Source: an uncultured Thermococci archaeon
GTDB lineage: Archaea > CAYQAE01 > CAYVLA01
DNA length: 64,000 nucleotides
Direction: 5' to 3'
NCBI GenBank assembly: GCA_964549615.1
Contig: CAZJVP010000099.1
Location: 1 to 64,000 of the forward strand
Every line of letters begins with the position of its first letter. Position 1 is the first letter of the stretch. Below are positions 47,396 through 57,429 of this stretch, in pieces. A model generated the notes under the pieces. It saw nothing but the letters and a program-made list of their open reading frames with translations, did not search any database and was not told where the DNA came from. The translations under genes were made by a program, and so were the position numbers.

Positions 47396-48921
47396 CCTTC
47401 GGACGGACGGACATGCCTGAGCCCAACCCTCGAGCTCAGTCGCTTGAGCAGCGCCGGCGCAACGACCCTGGAGTAGTACGCGGGGTTGAGCCAGAACATC
47501 CTCCCATAGCGGGAGGACCACTCGACTCTTCTTATGCGGGCTTTGAACCTGCGTATGCCGCGCAAGACATCCCGCATGGTCTTGAACTCGGTGCGTATCT
47601 GCCCGCTTGCACGGATGATCGTCGGGAACTCGCGCCAGGAGTCTATCGGGTCGAACACGCCGTCTTCGACTCCCATCTCATAGAGCGGGGTCTTTGGATA
47701 TGGTACCGACAAGGACGGGCGGGCGAAGGTGACCCGCGGAAGCCTCGACATGCGCTGCGCGAACTCCAACGTCGCTTCGATGGTATCTTTGCTCTCACCG
47801 GGGAGCCCGAAAAGAAGGTTGTTGCTGGCGTGGATGCCCGCGCTTGAGGTCCATCTGATGGACTGCTCAGCTTCCTCCACCGTCTGCTTCTTGCCTATAC
47901 GGTCCAAGACCTCCTGGCTTGCTGACTCCAGCCCATAGTTGAGCTGGTAGCAGCCCGACCTCTTCATCAGCTCAAGCAGATCGGCGTCCACGGAGGAGTA
48001 CCTCGTCTCCGCGCTCCACGCAATCTGGATGCCTCGTTCGATGATCATTTCGCATATCCTTGCGGTTCGCGCGCGGTCGATCGAGAACTCGGGGTCCTGG
48101 AACCGAACGATCCTTACCCCGTGATCCCTATACAGCAGCTCAAGCTCGTCCACGACGTTCCCCGGCGACCTGGACCGAAACCCCCTTCTGTGGATGTAGA
48201 GAGCACAGAAGGCGCAGCCGAACGGGCATCCCCTTGAGCTCAGGATGAATGTGGAAAGGCCTTGAAAGCTGTACAGGTCTGACTTATAGTATCCGAACTT
48301 CTGGTAGGGGGAAAGTGGCATGATCTCGTAGAGGGGAAAGGGGTTTTCATCCAAGTCCACCGTCCGCGCCGGAGGGTTCAGTTCAACATCGCGGGGGCCG
48401 AGGCGGACAACAGTACCCGGTATATCAAGCGGTTCATTGCCTGAAGCAATTGCCGCGACCAACTCCCAAACGGGGGCCTCGGGCTCTCCCACGACGCCGA
48501 TGTCGGCCGATCCCATCTCCTGCATCGCTGACTCGGGGAAGACCGTCACATGTGGGCCTATGACGACCAGAGTTACGTTCCGTAATAGAGCGCGGGTGGC
48601 GTCAAGGAGCTGGGCAGGGACCTTAACCGACGGGTAGGGGCATATCCATCTGTCGAATGCCGCAGTGTTCAGGACCACCACATCAGGCCGTTGGGCAGCT
48701 ATCCTTCGTGCAGTTTCCTCGACGGACAGCTGGGCGGCGTTAGCCTCAAGAAGGGCGAGATCAACGCCCTCGCCTAGCCCCCTTCTCAACATGGAAGCGG
48801 CGTACGCGAGGTCAAGGGGCGGCCTGTTCCTGCGGTTTGTGAAATGGAAATACTGGGTCAGATCCAAGCCATCGATTCTCACGGGGTAACTGGAGGGATG
48901 AGGAGTGTTCACGAAGAGCAC
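47392..48921 (-). CDS. B12-binding radical SAM enzyme 2 (start approximate)
   Basis: PPLDLAY.A, GPHVT, GEPE, SRGCPFGCAFC, GLESAS, GLPGE, PYPKTPLY. TATA-like box at ~48976-48982. Confidence 0.9.
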   Translation of the reverse strand: MLFVNTPHPSSYPVRIDGLDLTQYFHFTNRRNRPPLDLAYAASMLRRGLGEGVDLALLEANAAQLSVEETARRIAAQRPDVVVLNTAAFDRWICPYPSVKVPAQLLDATRALLRNVTLVVIGPHVTVFPESAMQEMGSADIGVVGEPEAPVWELVAAIASGNEPLDIPGTVVRLGPRDVELNPPARTVDLDENPFPLYEIMPLSPYQKFGYYKSDLYSFQGLSTFILSSRGCPFGCAFCALYIHRRGFRSRSPGNVVDELELLYRDHGVRIVRFQDPEFSIDRARTARICEMIIERGIQIAWSAETRYSSVDADLLELMKRSGCYQLNYGLESASQEVLDRIGKKQTVEEAEQSIRWTSSAGIHASNNLLFGLPGESKDTIEATLEFAQRMSRLPRVTFARPSLSVPYPKTPLYEMGVEDGVFDPIDSWREFPTIIRASGQIRTEFKTMRDVLRGIRRFKARIRRVEWSSRYGRMFWLNPAYYSRVVAPALLKRLSSRVGLRHVRPSEG

Positions 48922-49030
48922 TCTTGTCCCGGTCGTCTCGTTCCGCTCCGAACAAACGATCCCGACGCGTTTACTTATATTTGATGTGCGCCTAGATTTC
49001 GGCTTGAAAGGATCGCGAATGTGAAGAGCT

Positions 49031-50239
49031 ATGAACGTACTTTTGGTGACGAGGAAGTTCCCACCGCCGAATGACCTGGGGGCCGTTGCAACCCTGCTCT
49101 GGGAAGTGTCCAACGGCTTGGTCGACAGGGGGGTCAACGTAGTCGTCCTGGCGGGTCCCCATCGGGGGGCGGACATCGAGGAACCCAGAAAAGGACTGCG
49201 GATTGTCCGATTTAAGGCTAGTAGAGCCGGTGTCAACCGGAGCATTCCTTCCGCACTTAGGAAAGCCGAGATGGGGGCTGACGTGATCCACCTTCACGAC
49301 GTGCTGCCCATGGGGCTGCCCCTTTTGTGGAGACTGTCGCGCAATCCCGCGCCCAGGTTCTGGACCTGGCACAACCTCGCCCCCCTTTGCAGGAATTCTT
49401 TTTTGTGGCCTCCGTGTTCGCTTTGCCGAGGCGATGCAATCCCGGGGAGGTCGGGCCTTTGCTATCTGGATCGCGAACCAGACTGCAAGAATTGCTTCCC
49501 CAAAGGCATCAAGGGCCGAATTGGCCATGGAAGGTTCCTCATATCTTCCAAGGTGATCCTCACGCTCGCCAAGCGTTTCAACCTCATCGTTCCCTCGCGG
49601 GCGGCAAAACGTGTGCTCCAAGGCGCGGTCGGCGAACCCGTCAGGGTCATACCTAATGCAACCGTTCCACCGCCCCTTGTCATGAGCCACAGGGAAGCGA
49701 ATCCCGTCGAGGTCGTCTTCGGAGGCAGGATAGTCCCCGAAAAGGGTCTCGACCTGCTTGTGGACTCCCTTCGGGGGGTGGATGTTCAGTTGACCAGTTA
49801 CGGATTGGGACGAACGGAGTACTGCCAGAGACTGGCCCAACGCGCGCGCGAGGCGGGCGTCAACTACATACAAAAAAGATGGGTCGCCTACGAGAAGCTA
49901 CACGCGCTTCTATCCAGTGCGGATCTCTGCGCGGTACCTAGCAGGGGGTTTGAGACGTTCGGCATGATCGCGCTGGACGCCGAGTCCGCAGGGTTGCCTT
50001 TGGTTTTGTCGCGGTCGGGGGGGTTGACCGAAGTGGCAGCCGACGGTAAGAACGCACTGTATTTCGACCGCGAGGACTGCGAGGGCCTAGCCCTAGCGAT
50101 AGATTCACTGGCGCGGGATCCCAAGAGGAGAGCGAAGTACTCCAGAATCTCAAGAAAGATCGTACAAACCCGCTTCCCGGTCTCTAGACACGTCGATCTC
50201 CTCCTGAAGGCATACGAGTCGAAGGGCGACCAACCGTGA
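49031..50239 (+). CDS. GT4 family glycosyltransferase with Cys-rich insertion
   Basis: GRI.PEKG, PS..FETFG..ALDA; LC..CSLC..LC..CKNC insert. Confidence 0.85.
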   Translation: MNVLLVTRKFPPPNDLGAVATLLWEVSNGLVDRGVNVVVLAGPHRGADIEEPRKGLRIVRFKASRAGVNRSIPSALRKAEMGADVIHLHDVLPMGLPLLWRLSRNPAPRFWTWHNLAPLCRNSFLWPPCSLCRGDAIPGRSGLCYLDREPDCKNCFPKGIKGRIGHGRFLISSKVILTLAKRFNLIVPSRAAKRVLQGAVGEPVRVIPNATVPPPLVMSHREANPVEVVFGGRIVPEKGLDLLVDSLRGVDVQLTSYGLGRTEYCQRLAQRAREAGVNYIQKRWVAYEKLHALLSSADLCAVPSRGFETFGMIALDAESAGLPLVLSRSGGLTEVAADGKNALYFDREDCEGLALAIDSLARDPKRRAKYSRISRKIVQTRFPVSRHVDLLLKAYESKGDQP

Positions 50240-51420
50240 GAGATCGTTTCGAGGGCCAGAGCGTGCTTTTTGTCGTGTCTTCGGTGACGGGCAACCAGCT
50301 CACAAGAGCTTATCCGTTCGCCTCGCTCTTGGCGCAGGGAGGCAGAAAGGTGGAGATAATCGGGCCGGCCAAGACCGGGTCCGGTCTGTACATAGAGGAC
50401 TCCAACTTCGAGATAAGACCGATCCCCCGCCTCTCCTTGAGGTCCAGAACGCGATGGCTCTCCGGAAAAGTGTCGCGGTATGACATCGTTTGTGTGTCCA
50501 AACCGTGTTGGGAAGGGACCCTGGCGGCCGTGATGGCGAAGAGAATGGGCAAGATGTTGATCTTTGATATCGACGACGACGACCCTCGAAACTGGTTCTT
50601 CGATTTGCGAACGGATGCCGGGAGGATCGGGCCGAAGGGCATCGCCGCGAGGCTTCCTGAGGCCGTTGTGATACAGGTAAACTTCTCGATGCGCGTGATC
50701 GCCGACCGACTGACGGTTGCATCCCACGCCTTAAGAAGGAAGTACGGAGGCCAGGTCGTCTACGTGCCCATCCCGTCACGGATCTTTGAGGGACAGACGC
50801 GTGACATTCCGGGCGACAAGATCGTCATGTACGCGGGGGCGATCAGGGCTCACAAAGGGATAGAGACGCTGATCGAGGCATTCACATTGGCCAAGTCACA
50901 GGTCCCTGAGGCTAAGCTGTATCTGGTCGGGCCCATCCATGAGGACTCTATCAGCTGGGAGGGCATGAGCCGGAGGATCGACAGGGTGAACGATATCTTC
51001 TGCCCGGGGTTTCAGCCGATCCAGGCCATTCCTAAGTGGCTGTCCAAGGCAGACTGTCTGGTTCTGCCGAATCCCGACAATCCGATCCACAGGGCGCAGT
51101 CGCCGGTCAAACTGATGTACTACATGGGTGCCCACCGGCCCATCGTCACCACCCCGGTGGGGGAGATACCGCTCATCCTTGATGAGGGGTCGGCCCTCTT
51201 CGTGCCGCCGGACGATCCGCAAAGCATGTCGGAAGCGATCGTGAGGGTCCTTTCGGATCCAGGTCTTTCCCGCAAGTTGGCCGATGCGTCGAACCGGATA
51301 TTCCTAGAACGCCACTGCGCCGAGGTCATGCATGATGGGATCGAGGAGATCTACTCTCTTGAGGGCGTCGGCAGGGCGCCCGGGACAACTGGCCTTGCCC
51401 GAGAGGGTCGGATCACATGA
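50236..51420 (+). CDS. GT4 family glycosyltransferase
   Basis: DIDD, YAG.IR.HKG, SPVKL..YM...RPIV.T.VGE. Confidence 0.85.
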   Translation: MRDRFEGQSVLFVVSSVTGNQLTRAYPFASLLAQGGRKVEIIGPAKTGSGLYIEDSNFEIRPIPRLSLRSRTRWLSGKVSRYDIVCVSKPCWEGTLAAVMAKRMGKMLIFDIDDDDPRNWFFDLRTDAGRIGPKGIAARLPEAVVIQVNFSMRVIADRLTVASHALRRKYGGQVVYVPIPSRIFEGQTRDIPGDKIVMYAGAIRAHKGIETLIEAFTLAKSQVPEAKLYLVGPIHEDSISWEGMSRRIDRVNDIFCPGFQPIQAIPKWLSKADCLVLPNPDNPIHRAQSPVKLMYYMGAHRPIVTTPVGEIPLILDEGSALFVPPDDPQSMSEAIVRVLSDPGLSRKLADASNRIFLERHCAEVMHDGIEEIYSLEGVGRAPGTTGLAREGRIT

Positions 51421-51489
51421 ACGCCTCGAGAACTGTTTGCAAACATGTTTATGGCCGTCTCGTCTCTGCCATAACTTCTTGACAGGTCG

Positions 51490-52641
51490 GTGGACTTGAG
51501 GATCGCGAGGCTTGTGACTTCGTTTCCCCGCGGAGGCCTGCTGACGGGCGGCCTTTTGCCCAACATCTATCACCTTTCGACCGAGGAGATCCGCCGGGGC
51601 AACGAAACCGCGGTCTTCACGTATGGCGGTGACGGGCCGGGCCCGGAACGCGTGGGGGACGTACCGGTTTACAGGTGTGGAAGGCCAAGACTCCAGAGAC
51701 TGTTGCTTGGGCCGGCCATCCTTAGAACGATCCGCAGGACGGGCTTTCATCCCGACATAATCCACTCCATGAACGCAATGCCTCTGGGCTGGCTGTACGA
51801 CCCCTCCGCGTCTAGGAGGGTCGGCGCGCGGTGTGTGCTCTCCGTGCACACGCCCGTCAGGCAGACCGACCGGTTCGCCCCGACCCGGAGGTACGCGCAG
51901 AACGCTGAGTACGCACTCCTCCTCAGGAGGACCTCGGGGAAGGTGGACCTAAACATCGCGGTGTCGCGTTTCGTCATGCGAGAACTCGTCGCGATAGGCG
52001 TGCCGGAGGATCGCATAAGGGTGATTCCCTCGGGCCTGAACACGGACCTCTTCGTCCCCCAACCCCTGTCGTTCTCAGCCCCGTATCACAAGTTCCTCTA
52101 CGTTGGCAGGTTCGCGGCCATAAAGGGACTGGAGAACCTAGTGAAGGCCGCGGCATTGCTGCAGCAGGAGAAGGACTGCAGGAATACGCGGTTCGTCCTC
52201 GTGGGCGGCTCGAGAGATGATGACGACTACTCAAGGACGATTTCGCTCATAGCCCAATACGGATTGGAGCATCTGTTTGCGCTCTACCCACCCACGCCCC
52301 ACCGAGAGATGCCCAACTTCTACAAGAACTGCCACTGCTTCGTCCTTCCCTCGATAAGGGAGCCCCTAGGGAAGGTGCTCTTGGAGGCGATGGCCTCGAG
52401 GAGGCCCGTCGTGGCCTCTGACGCAGGCGGCATTCCGGATCTGGTGCAGCATGACAAGAACGGACTTCTTTTCCGGTCACAGGATCCCAGCTCCCTTGCC
52501 GATGCACTCTCGAGGATCATGGACGATCCGAAGCTGGCGCTGAAGATGGCCTCCAGGGGGGTCCGATTCTGCAAGGGCTTCGACTGGGCTCGAATCTCCC
52601 GCATGTACCTTGAAGCCTTCGAGGAGGTGCTGAAACGATGA
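51490..52641 (+). CDS. GT4 family glycosyltransferase
   Basis: YVGRF..IKG, PS.REPLGKVLLEAMAS; close paralogue of 58520..59668. Confidence 0.9.
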   Translation: MDLRIARLVTSFPRGGLLTGGLLPNIYHLSTEEIRRGNETAVFTYGGDGPGPERVGDVPVYRCGRPRLQRLLLGPAILRTIRRTGFHPDIIHSMNAMPLGWLYDPSASRRVGARCVLSVHTPVRQTDRFAPTRRYAQNAEYALLLRRTSGKVDLNIAVSRFVMRELVAIGVPEDRIRVIPSGLNTDLFVPQPLSFSAPYHKFLYVGRFAAIKGLENLVKAAALLQQEKDCRNTRFVLVGGSRDDDDYSRTISLIAQYGLEHLFALYPPTPHREMPNFYKNCHCFVLPSIREPLGKVLLEAMASRRPVVASDAGGIPDLVQHDKNGLLFRSQDPSSLADALSRIMDDPKLALKMASRGVRFCKGFDWARISRMYLEAFEEVLKR

Positions 52642-53312
52642 TCCAAGAACCTCGCAAGACAGGCTTGCTCAGAATCGCATCTGGGATCAGGACCCGTCTT
52701 GTGCTCAGGGGCATTGGCAGCTTCGGCCCAGGGTCATCGATCGGCGCGGGCGTCAGAATCTACAACAAGAGGCTGGTCCGGATCGGCTCGCACACAAGGA
52801 TCGATGACTACGTTTGCCTCAATGGCCTCGGCGAGAACGGGCTGACCATCGGCTCCCGATGCCAGGTGCGCTTCGGCTGCCTGATCGATTGCTGGAAAGG
52901 CAAGGGAATCCGGATCGGAGACGACACGTTCATCGGGCCGCTGTCCGTCATTCAGGGACAAGGCGGCACGAGCATAGGATCGCGTTGCCTGATCGGTGGA
53001 CATGCCTACATCGTCCCTGCCAGCCACGTATTCTCGGACCCGTCGAGGCCGATTCAAGATCAGGGGGAAACCCGCAAGGGCATAACGATAGAGGACGATG
53101 TCTGGACGGGCTGCGGGGTGAGGATCCTCGACGGGGTGAGGATAGGCAGGGGGAGCGTCATTGGCGCTGGGAGCGTGGTGACCCGCGATATCCCGCCAAT
53201 GTCCGTTGCCTACGGCGTTCCAGCTAGAATCCGGAGAAAACGCGGCCAGGAAGGGCCAGACTCACCGTCAGGAGTCTCCAAACCGAATAGAGGCACAGAA
53301 CTCCAACGATGA
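52638..53312 (+). CDS. hexapeptide-repeat (left-handed beta-helix) sugar acyltransferase
   Basis: IG....I repeats, H.F.D...PI..QG, IEDDVW.G, IGAGSVVT.D, GVPAR. Confidence 0.9.
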   Translation: MIQEPRKTGLLRIASGIRTRLVLRGIGSFGPGSSIGAGVRIYNKRLVRIGSHTRIDDYVCLNGLGENGLTIGSRCQVRFGCLIDCWKGKGIRIGDDTFIGPLSVIQGQGGTSIGSRCLIGGHAYIVPASHVFSDPSRPIQDQGETRKGITIEDDVWTGCGVRILDGVRIGRGSVIGAGSVVTRDIPPMSVAYGVPARIRRKRGQEGPDSPSGVSKPNRGTELQR

Positions 53313-54708
53313 CCGAGAGCATGAGCGATACACGGGCATGAATGAGCACGGGATTGGGTTCCTCCACGACGAGTTCCATCCTCGCTATGACAAGCTCGGA
53401 TCGGGTTGCCGAGGAGACCTTCAGCGGAACCTGAATCATCTTGAAGTTCTCCGGGCTCAAACGAACGTAGTCCGCGAGCGGGTCGGCGATATCGATGGTA
53501 CAGGACCCGCCGATCGGAATTTCCCCGGAAAAGTAGTTGTTTGTCCGGCCAACGTCAATACTGAATGGTCCGAGATATTCGTGCTCGCCGGCAACCGTCA
53601 CACACGGACTCTCCTTGACGGAAGACCAACCCTTCCCGGCTGCGAACACGAGGCTATGGCCCCCCGTCGCATTCGAGGCGAACCATATGTATGAGCTTGG
53701 CGCACCCGAGGATAGCACGATCCAGATCCTAGATCCCCCGAAAAGTAGGAAGGGGGAGGAAAGCTTGAAGCTTAGCCAGCGGGGAGCCAAGCCAAGATCG
53801 CCAGGTGCTGCCGTAGCCCGGAAAAGCGGATCCCCGCCGGGACGGCCGGCCTCGTCACGGTAGGCGGAAAGAGTCAGGTCCATCCCCGGGTTGGCGACCG
53901 CCCCCACCAAGACCTCAAGCCCACCGATAGCGTAGGTCCGGTTGAGCTCAAGACCGTGGGCGGCGAAGTGATCGGCGGAGACTAGGAAACCGCGGTCGCC
54001 GGTCGTGTCGGTGACCGACAGCAGCGGTGAAAGCGGACGGGTCACGGTCGAGTTTAAGGTTACCTTTCCGACCAGCACCCGGGCCCTCCTGGGAACGGCG
54101 ACCTCGACCCGGTCCGGGCTGGCGCTGGTTGGCCTCATCAGCCTCCCCGTCAGGTTCGAGGCAGAGGATACGTCTTCGACAACTTTTCGCGGCGGGTATC
54201 CGAGCTGGACCAAGCCGACCGAAAGGATCGCCACGACGCACACCAATCCGATCAAGACCGACCTTGCCCGGGGTCGACTGCCCACGCCCGCCAGCCGAAT
54301 TCCCCGCGAGTAGGCGAAAAACACGATGGCGATGGCAAGAAGGGCCACCTGGAACCCTATCATGTTGTAGGGATGGGAATGGCCCACCGCGGAGGCGAAC
54401 TGCCTAACCCCGGCGACCCTAAAGACCAGCGAAACTAGGCTTGTGCCTGCCTGCTTCGCACGCGAGGCGATGGGGATGAGGCCATCCGAAACGACGGTCG
54501 TGGCGCTCTGGGCAATGCGCGACAACGACCATTCCAGCGCTCTTACTGCGAAGGAGAAAGCCAACCCCATCATCTCCGCTGCCAGGCGAGCTGCCTCTGT
54601 GAAGCGGCTGATTGATGGCCTGACAGAAAAGGCGAACAGGGCCGGAAACCAGACCCCGTTCAAAGCGCGCACTGGAGAAGCTGCTCGGCTTCGAAACACT
54701 AGGATCAC
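53224..54708 (-). CDS. membrane protein with extracellular beta-rich domain, unknown function
   Basis: Long ORF with two central TM, a beta-rich domain and a C-terminal TM; TTTTAAA box at 54754-54760. Confidence 0.6.
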   Translation of the reverse strand: MILVFRSRAASPVRALNGVWFPALFAFSVRPSISRFTEAARLAAEMMGLAFSFAVRALEWSLSRIAQSATTVVSDGLIPIASRAKQAGTSLVSLVFRVAGVRQFASAVGHSHPYNMIGFQVALLAIAIVFFAYSRGIRLAGVGSRPRARSVLIGLVCVVAILSVGLVQLGYPPRKVVEDVSSASNLTGRLMRPTSASPDRVEVAVPRRARVLVGKVTLNSTVTRPLSPLLSVTDTTGDRGFLVSADHFAAHGLELNRTYAIGGLEVLVGAVANPGMDLTLSAYRDEAGRPGGDPLFRATAAPGDLGLAPRWLSFKLSSPFLLFGGSRIWIVLSSGAPSSYIWFASNATGGHSLVFAAGKGWSSVKESPCVTVAGEHEYLGPFSIDVGRTNNYFSGEIPIGGSCTIDIADPLADYVRLSPENFKMIQVPLKVSSATRSELVIARMELVVEEPNPVLIHARVSLMLSVIVGVLCLYSVWRLLTVSLALPGRVFSGF

Positions 54709-54889
54709 TCAGCCCATCAGAGGCATGCTCTGCATGTCGGGTGTTCCGAAACCTTTTAAACTCTTCCACCCTCCCCGGGATGGCCTCCGGATGAGCTTCC
54801 GCGCCAGACGATGACGCGCAACAAAGCACGAAGTGCGGTTGCGACTGAATCTTATTACCGAGGAAAAACAACGAAAGGCTGGTCTGAGC

Positions 54890-55933
54890 TTGGCCAAAAT
54901 ACTAATAGGGGTTCACACGCCTTTCCAAGTAAATTTCTTCGAGGGTCTGGTGAGGCGCCTCGGCGACGGGCACGATTTCCTTTTCGCAGCCCGGAATCGT
55001 GACGCAACGGTTGAGATGCTGAGGGCAAAGGGCTTGCCTTTCGTGGACGTAGGGGGATACTCCGGCCGTGACCTGGGTGAGAAACTGAGGGAGTATGCCC
55101 ATGGGGTTTCGGAGATAGGCACGATAGTGGATGAGTTCCGGCCGGACATCATGGTGACGGAGCGCTATCCCTCTGCCTGCAGGGCCTGCTACCTAAAGGG
55201 CGTCCCCTACTGGACGGTCTTCAACGACGAGCGGGAACACCACGTAAACCACCTCACCCACCCGACGGCATCAAGGGTATTCGTCCCATCGTTCTACAGG
55301 AACGAGGACCTGTCCGCCCACGGGGTCTACGATCCGGACAGGATCGTGTGGTTCGACGGGCTGATCACGTGCTACCTCAAGGATTTCCGTAGGCCCTCCG
55401 GAAACCCCTTCCTTAGCGTCCAGGGCTACCGAGAAGGGTTGCCCACGGTACTGATCAGGCCGGAGTTCGAGTTCTCGGTCTTTTTCGAGGGGTACAAACC
55501 CGTGCTGCCGAGGATCGCCTCAGGACTCATCCGTTCCATCGATGCCAACGTAGTCGTGTTCCCCCGGACCCCGGACCAGCGGAAGAGATTCGGGAGGATC
55601 GGCGCCCTGACGGTCGACAAGCCCTTCGAAGACACGCCGGTCGCCTTCGCCGACCTCGTCATGGGATGCGCTGAATCCATGCTGTGCGAGGCCTTCACGA
55701 TAGGCACGCCGGCCTTGAGTTCGATCTACTGGTCGCTCACGGCTCCGATGAGGCTCCTGCACAGGTACATACCGCACACGACGGACCCTGACGAGGCGAT
55801 CGCAGTTGCGAAGAAGCTTCTCTTCGACAAGGAGACGATTCAAAGCTACAAGGAGACATCAAGCAGGGTGATCGGCGCGATGGAGAACCCGATAGACAAG
55901 ATTTCCGACCAACTGAGCCTTCTTTTGGGCTGA
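54890..55933 (+). CDS. DUF354 family protein (GT-B fold)
   Basis: HTP.QVNFF, AR....T..ML, G.KL, NDEREH, IRPE, M..EA...GTP. Confidence 0.8.
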   Translation: MAKILIGVHTPFQVNFFEGLVRRLGDGHDFLFAARNRDATVEMLRAKGLPFVDVGGYSGRDLGEKLREYAHGVSEIGTIVDEFRPDIMVTERYPSACRACYLKGVPYWTVFNDEREHHVNHLTHPTASRVFVPSFYRNEDLSAHGVYDPDRIVWFDGLITCYLKDFRRPSGNPFLSVQGYREGLPTVLIRPEFEFSVFFEGYKPVLPRIASGLIRSIDANVVVFPRTPDQRKRFGRIGALTVDKPFEDTPVAFADLVMGCAESMLCEAFTIGTPALSSIYWSLTAPMRLLHRYIPHTTDPDEAIAVAKKLLFDKETIQSYKETSSRVIGAMENPIDKISDQLSLLLG

Positions 55934-56132
55934 ACCGTGCGCCACGCAGGGAATCGATCGCAGTTGGCTGAGAGCTCTGCAGGCCTGGATCTCAACCGAA
56001 GAAACCTTGATCGCCGGCCTCCACGAGTGAGCCCACCTTCCAAACGGCTACCAATGCTTGAATGACGCCAAGGGCGCGGATCAAGAAGCTTTTAATCCTA
56101 CAGAACGCTTATCGGGGTTCGCGGGTCATTCG

Positions 56133-57101
56133 ATGGCAAGGATCTGGCTGGATGCAACGGGGATCAGGCAGGCAAACATGCTGTCGGTCTTGGCAAAGTC
56201 CCTATCCGAGCGGGCGGAGATCCTAGCCACCACGTCGGCAGATCCCAGGCCTGCGAGGGTTTTCAGGTTCCTCCACATGTCGACAAACCGGGTCGTGGGG
56301 AAGGGGAGGGACCCGCTTCAGCGGTACGCACGCCGAATCCTGCGGCTATCAAGGGAGATAGAGCACTACAAGCCGGACCTGCTCATCTCCGACCTCGACT
56401 CGGCGGCGGTTCGCACGGCATTTGGGCTCGGCATCCCGACCTGGACGATCTACACGAGCGAGCCGGGACCCAACGGGCTCGATGCGAAACGCATGAGCTA
56501 CCCCCTCTGCGAGAAGATCTTTGCCTCAAGCCTGATCCCCAAGGAGAAGCTCGTCCAGGAAGGCATCCCCCGAGACCGGTTGGTCCACTTCAACGGGCTC
56601 AACGAGTGCTACATCAGGTCGATCGAGAGGAAGAGCGGATCACGCCCGCGCGTTCTCGTGAGGCCGAACGGACACGATTCGGCTCGCTGGGTCAGGAATG
56701 TCGCCGCGAAGATCCTCCGCGAGGTCGAGGATTCCCAGCTGACCGTCCTCGGCAAGCTCCCGGCCCGGGGCGTGGCCCGGGCAACGAGGTCTGGAAAGGT
56801 CCGGTTCCTTGAATTCATCCCACACCCGCCGGTCTTGAACCAGGACCTCTTCATCGGCTACGGGAGGATGCTCGCCGAGTCCTTCGTGGTCGGAATCCCG
56901 ACGATCCGCACGACCAACGACAACTACCCGGATCTTTCCATGGTGTATTCGCAGCAACCTCTGATCACGGACCCGGATGAGATATCGGAGGCATCGGTTT
57001 CCATGCTCAGAGAAAGAAGGGCACCAAGGCCCGTCTCCGGCCTCGAATCCCCCATCGCCGCGGTGACCAAGGCGCTCCTGAAGCGTGGTTTGATCTCGTA
57101 G
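56133..57101 (+). CDS. DUF354 family protein, divergent paralogue
   Basis: IWLD, PDLLIS...A.R.AFGLGIP, FNG..E, VRP, ML.ES...GIP. Confidence 0.75.
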   Translation: MARIWLDATGIRQANMLSVLAKSLSERAEILATTSADPRPARVFRFLHMSTNRVVGKGRDPLQRYARRILRLSREIEHYKPDLLISDLDSAAVRTAFGLGIPTWTIYTSEPGPNGLDAKRMSYPLCEKIFASSLIPKEKLVQEGIPRDRLVHFNGLNECYIRSIERKSGSRPRVLVRPNGHDSARWVRNVAAKILREVEDSQLTVLGKLPARGVARATRSGKVRFLEFIPHPPVLNQDLFIGYGRMLAESFVVGIPTIRTTNDNYPDLSMVYSQQPLITDPDEISEASVSMLRERRAPRPVSGLESPIAAVTKALLKRGLIS

Positions 57102-57429
57102 GGGATGACCCCTCCCTCCAGCCAGTAGAAGGAAGGTCCTGAAGGAGCTCGGTTGGGAACGGCCGGAACTGGGTGGAAGCCGGATCTCAGGCGGCCTGCA
57201 CAGAGCCAGAGCTGCTAGGCTCTGCTTGGCAGACACCGCTTTGAGCGTTCGCAGAGTTTGAGTTGGGAGGTGGAAACGAAGGTGCCGATCGTCTCCGTCA
57301 GCCATCCATATCCCCGCGGCAAGGCTCTCGCCGAGGCCATCTAGCTCAATCACGAGGTTTCCATTCCAGTTCATCCGCTACATTCACTTGGAAGGATTAA
57401 TATCCGAGAATCCACTGGGGTCCCCTGCC

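Noticed and set aside
48922-49245. 5' extension of rSAM ORF 47392..49245
   Set aside because: It overlaps the divergent GT4 gene and spans the TATA-like box; not protein-like.
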